Source of the DNA: Intoshia linei | Taxonomy: Eukaryota; Animalia; Orthonectida | Reading direction: 5' to 3' | Assembly: GCA_001642005.1 (NCBI GenBank) | Contig: LWCA01000053.1 | Span: 2,439 to 66,438, forward strand | Length of the DNA: 64,000 nt | Notes under the pieces: generated by a model | Database searches by the model: none | What the model was told of the DNA's origin: nothing | What the model saw: the letters and a program-made list of their open reading frames with translations, nothing else | Shown: in pieces, positions 12,846-25,719 of the stretch | How the letters are laid out: each line of letters begins with the position of its first letter | How positions within the stretch are numbered: position 1 is the first letter of the stretch | Position numbers and translations under genes: made by a program

Positions 12846-15800
12846 TTAATTGGACGTCCAGAGGGTAGAATCATCAGGAGTAATTTTATTGAGTATTTTC
12901 ATTTGAGGGTTCAACAGTTGTAGTTTTTTTGGATCTACAAATGGTCTATTTAAAAGAGACCTAATAATTTTAGCGCCATTTCGCCGTTTTCGAACACTAT
13001 CAGAGTGTTTAATTGAAGTATCAGCACTGTTGCTCCCATTTTCTAGGTTAGACACAGTGTTGGAGGAAAAATTACTTTGTACGCCAGAATTTGAGTTGAA
13101 AGAATGTAATTTTAGCGATAAATCCTCAGGGTTTACAGAGGCTAAGGATGAAGTACTAGATGGTGGATAAAATTTACGGCACGTCCAAAATTTTCCACCG
13201 ACATTTAAGTTGACAACGTGGCCTAGCTTATTGTGAATGCTGATAAATGGGTACATTTGGTTGTCGTAAATGACAATTGGGTGTACTTTTTCAGTTACAT
13301 AACCTAATTGGGGATTGTTTAGCAATTGTTTAACAAAGAAGTACGTTCCACCCGCTTTTTTCTTTTTTACTTCATTTTGTATAGATTCCGAATTTAGCAT
13401 TTTTCGCAATTGTGGGACGTCTGCCTTATCTATTCCATTATTAGAATTCTTTTTTTCTGTGATAAACATTTTGTTATAAGCAGCAATTTGGAGAATAGAG
13501 AGGTATTCTGGGTAATGTGTAAGAAAATTTACAAAATTTGAGTTTGAATCATCTGATTCAGGATTCAACAATGCTTTAAACAGCCTATGCTTGAACTCAA
13601 GTTGATAGTTTACGTCTTCCATTTGATTAAAATTATTGTTTGCATAATTGAAAAGTGGTTTAATACTTGTACTATTGGTATATTTGTTCGCGTTTGCAGA
13701 GTCTAAAAATACTTCACTATTTGCACCCTTTTGTATTTTAGGGCGTTTAGGTAAAGGCTCGCTATGAACGGAAGAAGAATTTTTGATGTGAGGAGGATTA
13801 TTCACAAATACACCTCTTTTCTGGTGGTTATTCTCCTTCTTGGCAAAATGTGGCATTATTGCTGGGTAGTATTCTGCCTTATCCAATGGTAGCTTAAAGG
13901 TGGATTCACTTCCACTAGTATTTTGAAGGTTCAATGATGACGTTGAAAGTGAAGAGTTAACTGTGACACAAACAGTGTCGTTCGAGTCTTGACTATATTT
14001 TCCGTTCATGCTACTATGTCGAATAGAGTCACTATCAGATTTATCAAGTTTTGTGACAGATAAATCGACGGGAAAATCGCCGAAAACGTGCATATTTCCA
14101 TTGTCCAAGTAGCCTTGGACTATTTTTTCTTTATCCAATGTCTTAATCATATCCTTGCTTACAAAATGACCTTCCTTTAGTAATTTAATGTTGAAATAGT
14201 TTTGAGGAGGCTTGTTGAGTGCGTTTCTCAAAATAGACTTAGTATCAGAAATGCTGTGTCGCCGTACGCCATTCCCGTTTTCACAAATTAACTTTTTGTT
14301 CACATTTCTCAGTAAACTCAGGTCCATTGTATGGGATCTAACTCTGCGGTGATTTGCTCCATTAGTAAGAGGAACTTTGATACTTCCATTTGTTAAACCA
14401 CATCCTTCATTTTCGGATGAATTTGTAGTATGGGTATTACAGATTGATTCTATAGGGATATCTTTGTCTGCGTAACAATCGTCTACTTCATCAATTCTTA
14501 ATTTTACAAATGTACAATTGTTCATTTCAGATATAAAATTTTCACAAATTATAATGAGCAATTCTCCCTTGTCATTTTTCTTTAAATTTTTGAATAGCAG
14601 AAATTTTATTTGGTCAATATAAAGATTCATGTTATCTCGCAGAAAAGGATCTAAACTACTCATCCTATAAAGAACTATACAGCACGTTAATATGACAAAT
14701 TGATATTCAGATAAATTTGATTCATTTATCATTCGAATACCCTGGGATATTTTTGAAAAAATAGAGTCACTATTTTCAATTTCGTTACTTTTTACAGCTT
14801 CCTGGTTAGATGTAATATTTGAAATTATGCTCATAATTTGATAAGTTTGTTCCTGAAACTCTTCTGCAGTTTTCAATTTTTCGAATTTTCCATCAAATAG
14901 TAATTTCAGTAATAAAATATCGTACATGCTTTTCTAAAAAAATAAATATAGAAATTTTAAACTAAAAAAAAATTATATACATACACGTTTATTAGTGCAT
15001 AAGTCTGTAATGAAACATTACATGCGTCTGAATATGAAACTTGAAAATTTTTCTACGTTTATGTAGCCATTTCACAGAATGTATAATCGAGTCAATATTG
15101 AAAAAGATGTGCAATTTTTATGATCAATTAGTATAAATTTAATGAGATGGTTTTTCGTCAGTAATTCTAATCTTCTGGGTTTGATGCATAATAATCGCAC
15201 ATTTAGTAAATCAAGAGGAACTATGTTTAAGCCAATTAACCTTTCACTATTTGAGAACCACCAGTAATACTCAATATATAGTTTTCAAAATGTATTTATG
15301 CTTTTAAAGCTTTATTTTTTTTAAACTATAATCAGGGTGGTACCAGTTGGTCGCAAAAATTGAAAAATTAGTAATTTATTAAAATTCATTATTATTTGTA
15401 AATAAAAATTAATCAAGCGAATAATAGAGGTTTGACTGTATATAAGTATGAGTCTTGGATATTATTTCTTGTAGTTCACTTAAATTGAAATATTTATGTT
15501 TTATTTACTAGAGAATGGCTCATATAGACATTTTCGGTACATATAGTAAAGTTGCCAGAAAAATACTATCACTTAGTTTATTTGGAATAAATTTTAAGTC
15601 AAAAATTTTTATTCGTCATCATTAGGGCGGTTTTTTTAACCTATAAAAATTTTCTAATTACAGAATATAAACTTCAAATTGGCAAATGTAAATTTCTATT
15701 TTGCAATATATATTTTTTTCAAATTGATATCTTTTCAGATCAACTTTTAGGAAATTTTGGCATTCTAATAATAATACTATATCAATCTATGTCATATAAA

Positions 15801-17634
15801 TAATATAAAATTAAAATGAATTTTTAAATCGCAAGTGAATGTAAATAATTTTTGATATAACGATATTTATATCTTAAAAAAATGTACTTTAAAATCATTT
15901 GTTTTACTATGTAATTTTATTAACTTTTAAAATAAAAATGTAACTTTTGTAACTTTATCAAATTTTAATTAGCTAATTAATATGCATAATATTAATATCA
16001 CCATGCTTGTAATTTCATGCCGATAAACATAACAAAAATTAACTTCATTAGTCATCATAGATAAGTATTTTTAGCTTTACATTTAAAATCAAATAAACTA
16101 AAATTGATAGTACGTATTTTTTCCGGCCACTTTACACAAACTTTACGATAAAGTCGTTTTTTCGTAATTAACGTCATATTTTCAAAACATAAAGTCAATT
16201 TTATTTTCTTGGTTATTAATAAATATTGATAATAACGCAATAACCATAATGAAATAAATATTTGATACGCTAAGCAAATGTAGTCTGACACCCTTGATCA
16301 ATAACCAAGAAATAAAACTGACTCTAGTTTTGAAAATATGACGTCAGTTACGAAAAAAGACTGTAATGAAAATGTATATATTCATGTAACATTAGTCATA
16401 TTTTAATTACATCATTTTAGTCTAAATTCAAATTGAATTGTCGACATGTGGGAGAATCATAAAATTTATTTAAAATGTGAAAAGGTTAAAGAAAAATTCA
16501 AATTTTGATAAATTTTTTTGCAAACATCCCATGTATAATTTTCTATGAATAAAATTTTTAAATTTTATTAATGCTTTTTGGAAAACTTATAATATGGCTT
16601 TATTCGGCCTTTGGTGTATAAATTTATGAGTCGGTTAAACCCTAATCGTGATATATTCGAAATTTTTTCATAAGACAACAGTTTGCGAACCTGTATTATT
16701 AATGACTACATTTGATATATTCCCGATTTATCAGCTAACCGAATCACACATAATATTTTTAAGGGTCGTAATTTGCACACGTAAAAAATAAAAATTAAGT
16801 TAAGAAAAAATTCCGTAAACTTTAATTAAACTGTTTTTGAAATAGTTCTCTGTTAATAAATTCAATATAAATAAAATTATAGTAAATTAGATTTAACATA
16901 ACCTAATATAAAATAATCTGGTTAATAAACCCATACAAACTTGAATAAAATATTAAATTCTAAATTTAAAATGTTCCAATATAACACTAAATTAATTTTA
17001 TATTCATCACATAATACTAATTAAAATTCAAAGAAAATTAAGTCAAAATACTAAGTGAACTTGGTAAATCTAAAAATTAGTATTGAGACGACAGCTTAAC
17101 TACTAAACCCTTGCATCAATGAATTGGACAACTTACAGTTTACAAAAAATATCAAATAGTTAAAATTAAAATTACTTTAACGGTGGATCTTTGTTGAGAA
17201 AAACTAATCTTTTTTCGGAAAGGCATTGAAAAAACAAAATTGTGGACGGCATTTTCCAACTCTTCAATGCAAACATTTTTGTCAGCTTTGATCCTGGTTT
17301 TTTGTTGTAAAATGGATTCAATTTTTGCATTTACATGTTGAATATTAGAATGGCCATTATGAGTGCCATTGCCGTTGATGTGTATCCCATTGCCAATAAT
17401 ATCTTGATTTTTGGTATTCCCGTTTGTAAACTTGACGGGGATGCACGTTTGGGTATTTTCAGACTCCAATATTTCTGGTAAGGCATTCCAGGCCTCTAGA
17501 ATTTTGGTGTATTTGTTTGAAAATTGTAAAGCCAAATGATCAAAATTGTTGTTGTTCAAGTGGTCCATATCAGCATTTTGGGTAGAACTCAATTGTTCCT
17601 CTAAACACGGGTATAAAAAGATTGTCTGAATCAT
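12846..17634 (-). CDS. Uncharacterised ~840-aa Asn/Ser-rich protein, two large exons
   Basis: ORFs 17634-17152 and 14927-12846 join in frame through donor AAA|gtaatt (~17177) and acceptor tttag|AAAAGC (~14934). GC is visibly higher than in the flanks. Start may be Met 17634 or 17568. No family recognised. Confidence 0.75.
16152..16362. repeat. Long imperfect inverted repeat (~70-bp arms, ~70-bp spacer), probably the core of a MITE
   Basis: ttttttcgtaattaacgtcatattttcaaaac...ttcttggttatt (16152-16224) is complementary to aataaccaagaaa...gttttgaaaatatgacgtcagttacgaaaaaa (16294-16362). Confidence 0.75.
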
Positions 17635-20009
17635 TAAATGTAATAATAAATTTGATTTTAGTATTTATATAATTTGTGATATGAAAATTGTTTGATTGTG
17701 ATAAGATGACGATAAAACTATTATATCAAATTTGTAAATTGGAAATATTTTTGTAACCTATTAAAAATCAAAAACATTGGCTAGAATGTAAATATGATAG
17801 GAAAATAAATGTGTCAAATGTCTGGTTTATATCTAATCATCTGAATTAGAGCGACCAGAATTAGATTTTTGTTATATTAACAAATTGAAAAATATATTTA
17901 GACAGCGTATATAAGACGAAACTGTAACTATGAATGATAAATTGTAAATTAAAATTACAGTAAACTAAATAGAAATTCTGGATAAGCGCAACATTAAATT
18001 CTGAATAAACATGTTATTAATTAGGTCGTTCCAGTACAATGTAGTCTGAGTTGTTGGTTGAGCCATTTATTGATTTGGTATCGGAGGATACACGAAATTT
18101 TCGCCGATTTAATATGTAACGAATACCAATATAGCTGTCTATATTTTATAGTTATGGAAATTGCGTCAAGTATGAGGAATATACTAGAAACGACATACAT
18201 TAGTGCAGGATAAATATCAAATGTTTTCCTGCACGCTACGTCAATATTTGGTTGTCAAGATGTAAAAATAATAATGTATTTAAGATTGATACCGATTAGG
18301 GTTTATGATGGAATTTTCTTAAATTTATATTATACATTTCACTTGGTAATCATTGTTGTATGTGTGTATTGAATTTATTTATAAAAAAAATAAAATTGAA
18401 AAAACTGAATTATTTAAATTGTACGTCTTTTATCACGAAACAAAAGTTAAAAAAATATAAAATTACCCGACAAAGCATCAATCTCCATTTAAGCTCGAAT
18501 TGGATAGGTTTCGAGGGTTTTATTTATGATGTATTGTTATTGTTGGTTGGTAAATTCAAAAAATGGCGTATATTGGGTCAATGTGGCAATCTAGAAATGA
18601 ATTGTAGGTTATAATGTCCTTGTACAAAAATTACTTTATCGTTTGTGTAGAAATTATAAAATGTACATCATGAAACGAAACAACTAAAATTGCATACAAG
18701 CTTTATAATTTATCTAGGCGAATGCACCGGGCAAAATATAAATATAGAATAATAGCGTATTTATTTCAAGCAATTATAGTTAGTATCGAGATTGTGCTTT
18801 AGAAACTAAACAAACACATTATGGGAACACTACTTAATTATTCAAACTAACACAAAACGCCTATATAAATAAGTAGACGACTGGAATATATATTGAATCC
18901 ACGCAATTTAGTCGGAACTTGTACAATAATGAGTGAATAGTGCTAGATTCATAAGAATGCGACTCAACACAATTTATCTAGTACTTGTATCTAGCAGATT
19001 ATGCTGCTGTGAAACATTTATTGTTTCAAGTGTCTATAACCGCATGTTGAGATCACATATTTTATCCACTATTTGGGCTGTCATATTTACCCATAAGAAT
19101 TTATCCATCTTTGCGACGCTCAGTAGACAAATCGATAAATTCTCGTGTCTTATTTCAATTGTATATGTGCTTCCGAAATTTATTTAGGTTATTTTAATAT
19201 TTTCCCACTTATAATTTATATACCAAATGCAAAATAAATTTTATAGTCAATCTAAATTGCTGTCTAAATTAAATGACACTGAAATAATAGTTACAATTTA
19301 AAATTTCAACAACATAAGTCTTGTTTATAAATTAGTCTAATATCGAAAATTGGACATTAAATTTTAATTTATGTTTATATAATATTAAATTTTTTCTGCA
19401 TTTCATTCATTGTTATTGTTCCAATTCTTGTCAATGTTAAAATTAAGACTACTGCCATGAATTATATTTGTTTTTATTCGTTGTATTTTTCTGCACAATG
19501 CAAATAGTAATGCACCGGTAATACTCTGTTTGTTTTGTAGTTTAGAATAAATTACTATTTTTTTCAAAATATTGATTACATGGAATGATTTAATAAATAA
19601 AAAATGCTTAAATATTGTTATTTGAATCAGCTCATATTAGCTCATCGTACATTTTTAATATTTTTAAGATAAATTGAAATTGAAATTACACATTAAAATT
19701 ATTTTATAATGTTAAGTGATAAAAAATTTATTGTAATGATTAGAGCAGTGGTTATCGATTAAAATAGTATATGGACCCCATTTCAAAATATTTATTTTAT
19801 TGGACTCCTAAGGAAACATAAAATGTATAATATTTATGAAAAAATTTGGTAAAAATGTTGGAAAAAGGTGATTTTCACTTTAATTTAGGATGGTAAAATG
19901 GATTTTTTATTTTGGTTTTTGGATTAAAAAGTTGTTACTCATAAGATTTAATCAAATCGTATCTTTGAAAAAAATATTGAAAAAATAGGATTATTATTAC
20001 TGTCTAAGC

Positions 20010-20290
20010 CAGTATTTCTCAAATTTTTTTCAAATGGGCGCACCTGAAGCAAATTAAAAATTTTGGGTGCACTAATTATTACCGTACTATGAAATACGAA
20101 AACGGTTGGAAATATAGTTTAATAATTAATAATTATAATTTAAAAAACTTAACATATTACAAATTAGTGTCATCTTTCAGACTGTTTGTTTTTACACTGT
20201 TCTGTCTGGTTGATAAACACACACGCATTTCCTCCTCAAGATATATAATTCGTTCCCTGATCGTGTTTTTATTTGAAAAATAGTAGAAAA
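20010..20290 (-). mobile_element. hAT end with decayed transposase C-terminus
   Basis: cagtatttctcaaa terminus; minus-strand remnant IKTRSGN..LEEEMRVCLST similar to the hAT tail at 5666-5875. Confidence 0.5.
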
Positions 20291-20601
20291 CAACCCTAAA
20301 AAAATATAAATCCCAGAAAAAATTTTAAATAGTTTTTTCTTCCATCATGCATTTCGTATGAAGGAGTAGTTACTAATCTTATTTGACCATGGACCACTCA
20401 ATTCACATCAAATTACATTTTAATTTTTAATTTGAAAAATATTGGTTGATAATTTATTAAGTTATTATTCAATGGAAATGCGTAAATTTATAAGGTTTAA
20501 ATTTTGTATCTATATCAACTAAGATAAGCTGTATCACAATCATCTCTTTTTTTAATTCTAGAACCTTTAATTATTTTAAAATTTTTTGTTTTAATAAAAT
20601 A

Positions 20602-22153
20602 CATTGCGTTAAGTTATTATGCAAACATTAAAAACATTAATCAATTAAATACGAGTCATTAAATTTGGTTTATTTTTTTATCATATTTATATATTCAACT
20701 AATAATCCTTTAACGTCCCAAGAAAAATGTAATGTATTCAAAAAAAATGAATACACGAAGATTTAAGAAAATTTTGTGATTTTTGGTGTGCCAAATTATT
20801 ATGCAAATGAATATTAAACAATAATTTCTTGTTAATAATTTAATACGAATAAATAAATATTTAAATAATATAATCCATTGTATTTTAAACCAAATTTAAG
20901 CAAAAAAATGTAATTAAACTTTACATATTCATATACACTTTTCTGGGATATTACAAGAAAAAGTCGTTTATCCATAGATTTCGTGATGTTTTCAATTGTT
21001 TTTTAAGCCATTGTTTTGATTTCTTTCAAAATTGCATGCCAGATATCGTTTTTGATTGATATTGTTTATTCCCACTGTATATTTTTCTTTTAATTATTGA
21101 CCATAGATTTTCAATAAAATTAAGATCGGGAGAATTTGGCGGCCAACACATTATTTTTTATGATCCATAGCCATTTGTAAGAAAGATATTCTTTTGTAGG
21201 ACGGGATGCGTGAATTGGGACATTACCACGCATAAAAATAAAATTTTTAAGAAAGCTTTTTCTCTTTTTTTTATCCACGAAAAAACGTTATGTTTTAAAA
21301 ACACGCAGTATGTGCTAGAATTAATTTTGACTCCATCATCTAATTTAATATATCCAATAATAGTGTCTTTCACACTGCCTGCCCAAATCATTATGCTCCC
21401 ACCTCCTTGATGCCGCTTTAAACGGTTTGGTGGTGATCTGTTATTCACTAACCAACCCTTACTCCACAAACCTGACCCATCTAAAAATATTCTGGTTTCA
21501 TCGATAAAAATTACATTTGAACAATTTATCTTCATGTAATTTTTAGCCCAGAATAGTCGTAATTTCATGTGTCTTTTGGTTAAACCTGGTTTACCTTTAG
21601 CTTGCCTGACTTTACCAACTGTTTTTAATATTTTGCATCTCGTAGTTTTGGGTATATCAGCTAATCTGATGATTTACATATCTCTAGAGAAGTGCTAAAA
21701 GGGTTTCGAACCATTTCTAGTTTAATATGGATATATTTAACAGATACTCCTTTGAATGATCTCTCTGCCTTTCTTTTTCTCATGTTGGAAGGGTTTTCTA
21801 TATATCGACGCATTATACGATGATCGCGTTTTAAATTTGAAGCTATTTCATTTATCGATATTCCGTTATCCAACATTTTCAGGATTTTATCCTTTTCGTC
21901 AACAGTAAGTGATGTTGATTTACCCATAATTATCCTAAATTTTGATTAGCATAATAATTTGGCACACTAAAAATTACCCAAAAATATATAATGTTAAATA
22001 GAATGCTTTTTTGGAAACGTGATAAATTTTTTTGTCACAGTAAAGTTTTATATGATCAATGATTAAATTATGATAAAAAATTAATAGAATTAAGTAACTA
22101 TTTTTTTAATTATTAATGTTTTTAATCGTTGCATAATAACTGGAAACGCAGTG
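20602..22153 (-). mobile_element. Full-length but inactivated Tc1 (DD34E) transposon with long IR/DR-type TIRs
   Basis: TA on both sides; ends cattgcgttaagttattatgcaa / ttgcataataactggaaacgcagtg; inner repeats gtgtgccaaattattatgc (~20787) and its complement (~21949). Transposase MGKSTSLT...[35 protein letters not shown], with stops, frameshifts and the second Asp changed to Gly. Confidence 0.92.
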
Positions 22154-22730
22154 TAGTTATTTAAAAGTACTAAAGTGTTTCTTTGACCGTGAAGGCATCA
22201 CTTTTTGAGAGTAAAATTTTTTGTTGTGTTAACTGGACAAAACTGTATGACCTTTAATATTTTGGAAAATTCTAGAATTATTTTCATTTTTTTAAAAAAA
22301 GGTAATCTGAGGTTTTTATCATTAAAATTCACTTTTTTGAAGTTTCGATGAATGATAATGCTGATGATTTTAAAATTTTAAAAAAAATCCCAACAATTTA
22401 TGTTATATAAAACTTCAGAATTTTTTTCATTTTTAAAACAAAGGGTAATTTGGGGTTTTTATCAATTTTTCTCGGACCCCATATGAAAACACTCATCATT
22501 AATCATTAGAAACGTTATTAAATATTAGTTAAAAAATACACATTATAATATACGAATGTATTGTTTTAATTCCATGAATAAACTGGTGGCTCTAGTTTAC
22601 TACATTAATTACATTAATTAGAAACGCTATGAATTCTTAAAATCATATAAATTGACCATGTTGCAATCCTGAATAAATAAATTTATTTTTTTGGTATATA
22701 TACAAACTTTTGTCTTTATCTAAACACCAT

Positions 22731-23682
22731 TCAATCTGTATCATCATCACTTTCCGTATCTGATGATGCATTTGTGGAATAAAAATTTTCACTTTCATCA
22801 CTATTAGAATAAAATGTATTTGAACTTGATTCAGTTTCTGAGCAAGAAGACGATTGAGTATTTGAGTTTTTATCTTCGCTTGAATAGATGGAAATATTTG
22901 ATTCACTTGTTAATGATTCCTGTTTCTCTATAAACTCTCTATAAAAATTTAAATTTCCTCTAATTTACTGATATACAATAATAACTTTAAAATATAAGAT
23001 GAAATTTATAATCAGAACATGTAAAAAAATTCAAAGAATCAATTTAAAATAATATGTGTATCATGATAATTATTAAAACGATCAACGTTAAGATTTTTGC
23101 TTAATATTTAGAATATAGGTTTTATTTTATTTTATCCAATGTTTATAATCTACATTTTCAATCAAACGTATAAAATTGAACCCTTGACTGGTACCCTTAA
23201 CTGTATAATATGGAAAAATCTACAATTAGCATTGGTCAAATTAAATCAAAATTTATACTTTTGTTAAGGTTGAAAAAGGTGGTTATATATTACATTAAGT
23301 AAAATGAAATTATTATACAATGTAACATTAATATAATGTCACAATTCTTCTCATTTTCTGAAATTTTTACGAACGATAATGAATATATTAAAATGAAATT
23401 ACTACTGAGGGCAAGCAATTTTTTAAATTCTTTCATTTGTAAATTTTTTGGTTCATATACTAAAACTAAGAAATATAAAAAATAAAAATTATACTTACTA
23501 AGATTACACAAATGCTGAGCTCCCACGTAGTCTTTTGACATTAAACATGTTGAAAACTAAATGATAATAAGAAATTTAAAACAAAAATTGAATACTTCTT
23601 GAAGAAGAATTGTTGGAGCCATTAAAATAGAATCATTTGACGAAGAATCAGAACATGTGCTTGCTTCCTCCAATTCATCCAT
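22731..23682 (-). CDS. ERICH2: ERICH2-like (glutamate-rich protein 2)
   Basis: Spliced APTILLQEFSTCLMSKDYVGAQHLCNLILVYEPKNLQMKEF aligns to ERICH2 APLELMAEFL...AKKLCQMILIYEPENPEAKEF; followed by a Ser/Asp/Glu-rich tail exon ending DDDTD*. Confidence 0.75.
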
Positions 23683-23725
23683 TAATTTCAAAAATTACGT
23701 TTTTTCAAATATGAATATTTACGTT

Positions 23726-23738
23726 GTTTCTTGGTTAT
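23726..23738 (-). promoter_or_regulatory. Candidate RFX X-box (ATAACC-A-AGAAAC) in the ERICH2/PIERCE divergent promoter
   Basis: 13-bp match to RTNRCC-N-RGYAAC with one mismatch, 44 bp upstream of the ERICH2 ATG. Confidence 0.35.
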
Positions 23739-24134
23739 ATATCATGTATATATTTTATTGTTACAAATTCATTTACGTTAATATATTGATTGCTCTACTG
23801 TATAAAAGGTTAAATAGATGAAATTATTAAATAGTTTAAAAAAAACTATTTTACATATTAACCATTATTATTGACTAGGACACCTGTTTGCAAATTTGAT
23901 TATAATATAATTATATATTATTATTGTTCAAACCTATTATATAATAAAAAAAAAAATAAATTAGATAACATTAGTTTGGTAAAATGTATAAAATAATTCT
24001 AACGAATTCTATAAGAAATGAATTATGAAAGAAAGAATAATTTTTGAAAAAAATGGTGTTAAAGTAAAATTAAATAGGTAATGAAAATTTCGTATCCTAG
24101 TGTTGTAAACACAAGAATTTATTAATTTTGGAAA

Positions 24135-24670
24135 ATGGTATGATTGAATTAATTTAACTTTGTCAAATCTTAGGATAATTTTCAAAAAAAAAGTGACGTA
24201 TATGAAGTAAAAGACATTCCGGAACGATTTGACAATCCCAGTAATGAATATACAAATATCTTCTTTTTTTTTAGTTTTAAAAATAGATTGATATACCATA
24301 TTTTATAAATTATATAAAATTGTAGGAGTAAATGTTATTTTTAATTGTTCGATAGATTATTTTCCAAAAACAGATATAAATGGTAATAAAAATTGACTAA
24401 AAATATATAACAGGTTGGTTTAAAGGTTATGGTAAAGAAAAACAACAACATCCAATGTACATAACATCATCTTCTATATACGGGAGAGATGGACCCAGTA
24501 TTCATACATTTCCAAGTGTTTTCTATGCCAAATCACAAAAGTTTACTAACGTAATAATTGTTTTGTTATATTTTATCCCAATTTTAATTTTAATTTAAAA
24601 ATTGTTTATTTAGGATCTGGGGAAATCAGGAATGTATCGAAACTGTTCATTAAATTGTAATAAAGATTAG
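24135..24670 (+). CDS. PIERCE1: PIERCE1/2-like axonemal microtubule inner protein (C9orf116/C15orf65 family)
   Basis: ATG|intron, then exons 24174-24240, 24414-24550, 24614-24670: DVYEVKDIPERFDNPSWFKGYG...HPMYITSSSIYG...PSIHTFPSVFYAKSQKFTNDLGKSGMYRNCSLN. Confidence 0.88.
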
Positions 24671-25719
24671 TTAATTTATACAATTTTTATTTATTGTTAA
24701 ATAAACATTTGTTAAATCATTATTTAATTGGCATTTTTTTTTTAAATTATGCAAATTGTTGAAATATATAATTACAGCAAAAAAACCATTGTACAATCTT
24801 CATCCATCTCTTCCATTAAACTAATATATTCCAAAATTAAGGTTATGCAATTACAAATATTATATGTGTATTATGTCCCAATAATTTTTTATACACCTCA
24901 GAATTTAAAAAAAGTAATAATTTAACGAATACATGTATATAAAAATAAAACATTTTACGACATAAATTGTTCATCCTTAAGTCTGATTCAGCATTTATTT
25001 ATGAAATTCTACATACTCTCTGATCTACTCATCAATTTTGAGAATACAAAAATATAAAAATTTTTTGAAAATGAGAATTTGAAATTTAAAAATTGCGAAG
25101 GAATGAATTATATAGATTTTCACCCATATTTCTTTATTGGAAATGTGTAGATGTTCAATGCACATTTTTTTTGAAATTGTAGAATCAATATTTACATTTT
25201 CATTGTTTATTTTAATCGAAATACTTGAAAAATATTGGTTAATAATATATTTAAAATTATTTTTCATGGGAAATTCGTAGATTTCTCGGGTTAAACTTTT
25301 GTATTTATATCAATTGGAATAAGCTCTATCAGAATAATCTCTTTTTTTTTTAATTTTCGGACATTAATTATTTCACATTTTTTGTCTTAACAAAATATCG
25401 TTATTAATATCGTTTTAAAATCCGCATCAGCGTATATATTTTTTTAAATTCTTCAACTCGTTTGATTTTCAAAAAGAGGGACAACTGGGGTTTTTAACAC
25501 GTAAGTTGTGAAATTGGTAGGTTCAAATTTATCTTACTATACGTCACGGAAAAAACTGTAATTGAAATGTGCACTTTATAAAATTCTAAGACGGGTAATT
25601 ATTTAAATAAAGCATAACACACACAGACACACACAAAAATCGCGTAGAATATTATATTATCAAATGATATATCAACAATCTCAATTTTTTTGTTGGTACC
25701 AAATATTCTCATAGATCTC

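Noticed and set aside
24749-24841. MQIVEIY...SKIK ORF with a donor site as possible first BBS4 coding exon
   Set aside because: Joining it to the 25715 acceptor gives an immediate stop; more likely 5' UTR or non-coding.
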